From Alphaproteobacteria bacterium (GTDB lineage: Bacteria > Pseudomonadota > Alphaproteobacteria > Micavibrionales > UBA2020), in the NCBI GenBank assembly GCA_025934695.1, contig JAICWS010000004.1, positions 193,496-257,495 on the forward strand: a DNA stretch of 64,000 nucleotides. The letters are read 5' to 3'. The notes beneath the pieces are model-generated. The model searched no databases. It saw only the letters and a program-made list of their open reading frames with translations, and was not told where the DNA came from. This document shows, in pieces, positions 60,848-64,000 of this stretch (its first letter is position 1; each line of letters begins with the position of its first letter). The translations under genes were made by a program, and so were the position numbers.

Positions 60848-62401
60848 ATGATCGCCGAAGTGCTCCCGCCCCCCTTAAGCGACAGCACCTTCCATATGCT
60901 GCGTTGCGTGGTGGCGGTGGCGGCGGCCGACAAGATGATCCACAGCCAGGAGCTTTTGTTCCTCAACAACCTGCTCGTCCATTACCGCAAGACATCCACG
61001 GTCACGGCGGAACAGCTGGCGCAGCTGCACGATGACCTGAAGGTCGGCCAGCCGCTCGATAAAATGCTGGCGCGCGTGACCGACAAGCATGACCGCCAGC
61101 AGCTCGTGCTCTTCGCGGGGCTGATGGCGCAGTCGGACGGCGAGGTGCATCCGTCGGAGGAAGAGATTGTCCGCCGCATCCGCGCTTATTGCCGCGGGCC
61201 CGCGATCCGCATTCCGGGCGAGGCGCAGCCGGTCATGGGCCATGCGCTGACCATCCCCGGCTTCGACATGCAGGCGTTCAAGAAGGAAATCCGCAGCATC
61301 GTCCAGCAGGAATTCTACAAGAACGCGATCGCAAAGAGCGGGGTGGGGACGCAGACGGGTCAGGTCGCCGTCGCCGATGCCTTCGCGGAAGGCCAGCGCG
61401 CGCCCGGACGCGCGAAAACCTACGACATGATCGAGCACGACGCGGGCCGCCACCGCGCCTTTGTGCCGCTGTTCGAAGAGGATCAGGGTCCGCGCCTGCC
61501 GGCAACCGATTTTGGCCTCAAGACCTTTTTGAAACTCATCTGGATGCCGGTGCTGCTGGCCGCGATTTCGACCCAGGCGAACATGCTGTTTTCACGCGCG
61601 ACTTTCCATGCGCTGATGGCGATCAAGAAGTGGGACGTCGCGCCCGAAACCTATGCCCGGCTTTACGGCATTTTCTCCAGCCCCTTGTGGGGCACGCTTC
61701 CGGGCCGCGTCTTTCACGACTGGGCGGCCTGCCTGATGCTGTGGAAGCTCTACGCCATGTGGATGTCGGGGCGCTTGAGCCCGCTTATGCGCAAGTCGCT
61801 GGTGCCGGGCGAACGCGTGCTGGGCAAGGCGCGGTTCCATTTCTTCACGGTGCATGTCCCGCTCGCGATCGCCGCGCTGCTCTACGGCTTTTCGTACAAG
61901 GCCAATATGTTCATGGCCGAGGAAACCTATCACCTGCTCGACTACCTGCGCGCGCAGAATATGGCGGACGGCTCGGCCTACCAGACCTTCTACAAGCTGT
62001 TCTCCGATCCTTTCTGGGGAACGCTGCCCGGACAGGTTATGCGCTGGACGGCGTTTTTGCTGATGGCCTACCAGCTTGTCTTCGCCTGGACGACAGAGAT
62101 CATCGTGACCGACAGCCGCTTGTTGTTCCGCCAGGGCATCTTCGCGATCAAGACGGTCAAGATCGACATCTCGAACCTGCGGCAGGTCGATGTGCAGCAG
62201 TCGATGATCGGGCTGATGCTCGATTTCGGCTATGTCCATATCTTCACGAATACGGTCAGCACCACCAGAAAGACCAGCGGCAGGGGCGTCGACGAAATCG
62301 AGATGGCAGGCATTTCATTGCCGCCCGTCGCCGACCCGCATACCTTCAGCACGCTCGTCGACCGCGCGCGGCGCGCCTGGCGCAAGGGGCACCCGGCGTG
62401 A
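60848..62401 (+). CDS. TerB-like - duplicated TM module - bPH domain protein (paralog of 59591-60847)
   Basis: 517 aa. Same end domains as the upstream gene, with an internally duplicated '..F(S/Y)..(L/F)WGTLPG.V..W.A.L' membrane module. ATG directly abuts the upstream TAG. Confidence 0.65.
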   Translation: MIAEVLPPPLSDSTFHMLRCVVAVAAADKMIHSQELLFLNNLLVHYRKTSTVTAEQLAQLHDDLKVGQPLDKMLARVTDKHDRQQLVLFAGLMAQSDGEVHPSEEEIVRRIRAYCRGPAIRIPGEAQPVMGHALTIPGFDMQAFKKEIRSIVQQEFYKNAIAKSGVGTQTGQVAVADAFAEGQRAPGRAKTYDMIEHDAGRHRAFVPLFEEDQGPRLPATDFGLKTFLKLIWMPVLLAAISTQANMLFSRATFHALMAIKKWDVAPETYARLYGIFSSPLWGTLPGRVFHDWAACLMLWKLYAMWMSGRLSPLMRKSLVPGERVLGKARFHFFTVHVPLAIAALLYGFSYKANMFMAEETYHLLDYLRAQNMADGSAYQTFYKLFSDPFWGTLPGQVMRWTAFLLMAYQLVFAWTTEIIVTDSRLLFRQGIFAIKTVKIDISNLRQVDVQQSMIGLMLDFGYVHIFTNTVSTTRKTSGRGVDEIEMAGISLPPVADPHTFSTLVDRARRAWRKGHPA

Positions 62402-62453
62402 AAACCACTGTAAACACGCGGTAAATTCGCCTTTGCGTATTATGTCAAGGAAG

Positions 62454-62483
62454 TTGACAAAGGCACAGCCGAATCGCTACAAT
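62454..62483 (+). promoter_or_regulatory. sigma70-type promoter TTGACA-N18-TACAAT
   Basis: -35 at 62454-62459 and -10 at 62478-62483. An inverted ATTATGTCAA lies at 62439-62448, immediately upstream. Confidence 0.5.
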
Positions 62484-62536
62484 CCCTACATACCGACAAG
62501 AGATTGGGGAACAGGGTATGTGAAGGAGGTCTGACG

Positions 62537-62695
62537 TTGACGGCCCGCGACCCTGTGCTGACATCACGGCAGCCATCGGCCTTTGACACCGCCCTTCAGA
62601 CCGGCATCCAGAACAACATGCATGAGATTGAGCGCCCGCCCCCCACAGGCGCGGATGCTTCTGCCATTTTTCAATCCAGGAAAGGCAATCGATGA
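62537..62695 (+). CDS. Possible upstream micro-ORF (52 aa) ATGA-coupled to the ankyrin gene
   Basis: GAAGGAGG SD at 62523-62530, a 7-nt spacer, then TTG 62537. Its stop overlaps ATG 62692. Confidence 0.35.
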   Translation: MTARDPVLTSRQPSAFDTALQTGIQNNMHEIERPPPTGADASAIFQSRKGNR

Positions 62696-63501
62696 CGAAT
62701 AATTCCGCCGGCAAAGAGGAACGCGCCAAAGCGATCAACGCGGCGCTCGGGCTTGCCATCGAACGCGGCAAGATGGACATGATCCAACAGGCGATGGATC
62801 AGGGGGCCGACGCGAAGATACTGCTGGACGCCGGCATCAAGCGCGAGGATATGGACATGATCGCCCTCGCGCTCGACAAGGGGGCCGAACCGAACAGACT
62901 ATTGTTTGCGGCGGTGGATCGCGGTGTGTCCAAGGGCGAGACGCTCAGTAACATCTTCCATTCCATCGCCGACGACCGCCCGGGGCCGGCGAAGACCAGC
63001 TTGTGCTGGGCGAAGGCAGCCCTCGATCACGGCGCGGACCCCAACGCAGTGCGGCGCGGCGGCGACCCCGGCTTCGACTATCCCGTCCTCAATTGGGCGC
63101 ATGATCATTTCAAGGTGAACCTCGATATCATCGACCTTTTGATAAAACGGGGCGCACGGGTCGACGAGCCGACGCCGCAAGGCACGCCCTTGATGCGCGC
63201 GGTCGTGGACGGCGACGCAAAGGCGATCGAATTCTTCCTGCAAAAAGGGGCCGATCCGACCTTTGTCTGCGACAAGCAGAAAAGTTTCCCTCTCAAGGCG
63301 CTGGAGGACAGCGAAAAATTTCACGCCGGGAAAAAGGCCAAACTGGTCTCGCTGATGATGGCGCATCTGCCGGCCACCGCAAGTGGCACGCCGCCCGCGC
63401 CCGCGGAAGGGAACGCGACGGTCGAAGCGATAGAGATATCAAAGCCGCTGGAACTCAAGCGGCCGGAGCCGCCGAAACAGCCTAAAAGTTTTTCGATCTA
63501 G
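62692..63501 (+). CDS. Ankyrin-repeat protein
   Basis: 269 aa with ankyrin-type 'G.D......G..........AL..GADPN' units. C-terminus ..NATVEAIEISKPLELKRPEPPKQPKSFSI. Confidence 0.8.
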   Translation: MTNNSAGKEERAKAINAALGLAIERGKMDMIQQAMDQGADAKILLDAGIKREDMDMIALALDKGAEPNRLLFAAVDRGVSKGETLSNIFHSIADDRPGPAKTSLCWAKAALDHGADPNAVRRGGDPGFDYPVLNWAHDHFKVNLDIIDLLIKRGARVDEPTPQGTPLMRAVVDGDAKAIEFFLQKGADPTFVCDKQKSFPLKALEDSEKFHAGKKAKLVSLMMAHLPATASGTPPAPAEGNATVEAIEISKPLELKRPEPPKQPKSFSI

Positions 63502-63516
63502 GAAGGGAGACCAAAA

Positions 63517-64000
63517 ATGTCCGGTAACTCGGCCTCCGGCGAACAGCGGCTCGACGCGGTGAACAAGGCGCTCGCCTTCGCCATCGAGCGGGGCAACATG
63601 GCCATGATCGGCCTCGCGATGGAACGCGGCGGCGACGCGAAGGCCCTGCTCGACGCAGGCATCAGCAGGGAGAATATGGAGATGATCGGCCTCGCCTTGA
63701 AAAAAGGGGCCGACCCGGAAACGCTCCTCTACGCGGGCCTTAGCCTGAGCACGCCGAAAGCCGATACGCCGGTGAACCAGTTCACCGCGGCGTCCCGTTC
63801 GCGCGCGGGCCTGTCCTGGGTGCAGGTCGCGCTGGATAATGGCGCCAACCCCAATGCGCGTCGGGCGGGCGCAAAAAACGCGGATTATTCGGTCCTTCAT
63901 TTCGCGCAGGACAATTTCAGGGCGAATAGCGGCATCATCGACCTGCTGATCGTGCGCGGCGCCACGGTCGACGACCCGTCGCCGCTCGGCACGCCGCTCA
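63517..64000 (+). CDS. Ankyrin-repeat protein, paralog of 62692-63501 (3' end beyond window)
   Basis: GGAAGGGAGA SD before ATG 63517. MSGNSASGEQRLDAVNKALAFAIERGNMAMIGLAMERGGDAKALLDAGI.. aligns with its neighbour. The frame is open to the window end. Confidence 0.8.
   Translation, partial: MSGNSASGEQRLDAVNKALAFAIERGNMAMIGLAMERGGDAKALLDAGISRENMEMIGLALKKGADPETLLYAGLSLSTPKADTPVNQFTAASRSRAGLSWVQVALDNGANPNARRAGAKNADYSVLHFAQDNFRANSGIIDLLIVRGATVDDPSPLGTPL

Overview
High-GC chromosomal segment whose gene order looks alphaproteobacterial. This is an inference from synteny such as rpe/heparinase-like, rlmE/guaB-like/rsmB-like and DUF58/BatA-N, plus a GAAC-type SOS box near recA. Conserved housekeeping blocks: pgi with two M16 peptidases, chorismate mutase, rsmB, rpe, rlmE, an IMPDH homolog, a second RsmB/NOP methyltransferase, a DUF58/BatA-N/VWA-like operon, slt, dapA, smpB, a rhomboid protease and recA. 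These blocks are interrupted by visibly AT-richer accessory islets. (i) 13.9-19.4 kb: small orphan ORFs, a tandem paralog pair and two ankyrin-repeat genes. (ii) 39.1-44.3 kb: Ea22-like duplicated protein, SUFU-like protein, Sel1-repeat protein, and a three-gene ATGA-coupled operon of a MORN-variant protein plus two degenerate Clp-like AAA+ fragments. (iii) 44.4-48.6 kb: an N-terminally truncated Rhs C-terminal toxin cassette with CdiI-like immunity and extra small genes, bracketed by a 26-bp direct repeat. (iv) 53-58 kb: an acyltransferase, sulfotransferase and glycosyltransferase glycan-modification cluster. (v) 58-62.4 kb: an unknown 400-aa protein and two tandem TerB-membrane-bPH paralogs. 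(vi) 62.4-64 kb: two more ankyrin genes. I found no rRNA, tRNA, CRISPR array, transposase or integrase. Several MITE/REP-like palindromic repeat families are scattered in intergenic DNA. The most interesting signal is a short, position-fixed C-terminal peptide motif of roughly A-T-V-L-x3-4-[TE]-[VI]-x-[KR]-P-[LI]-x-[LF]-K. It is shared by otherwise unrelated, eukaryote-like accessory proteins (ankyrin, MORN, Clp-like fragments). Their genes also share an extended promoter box, ATATTTGACATAAT. Together these suggest a co-regulated cargo family carrying an undescribed C-terminal signal. A second notable point is that the IMPDH homolog at the conserved guaB locus appears to have lost its catalytic Cys loop and other active-site motifs. 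All functional calls rest on motif recognition from memory; no database search was possible.
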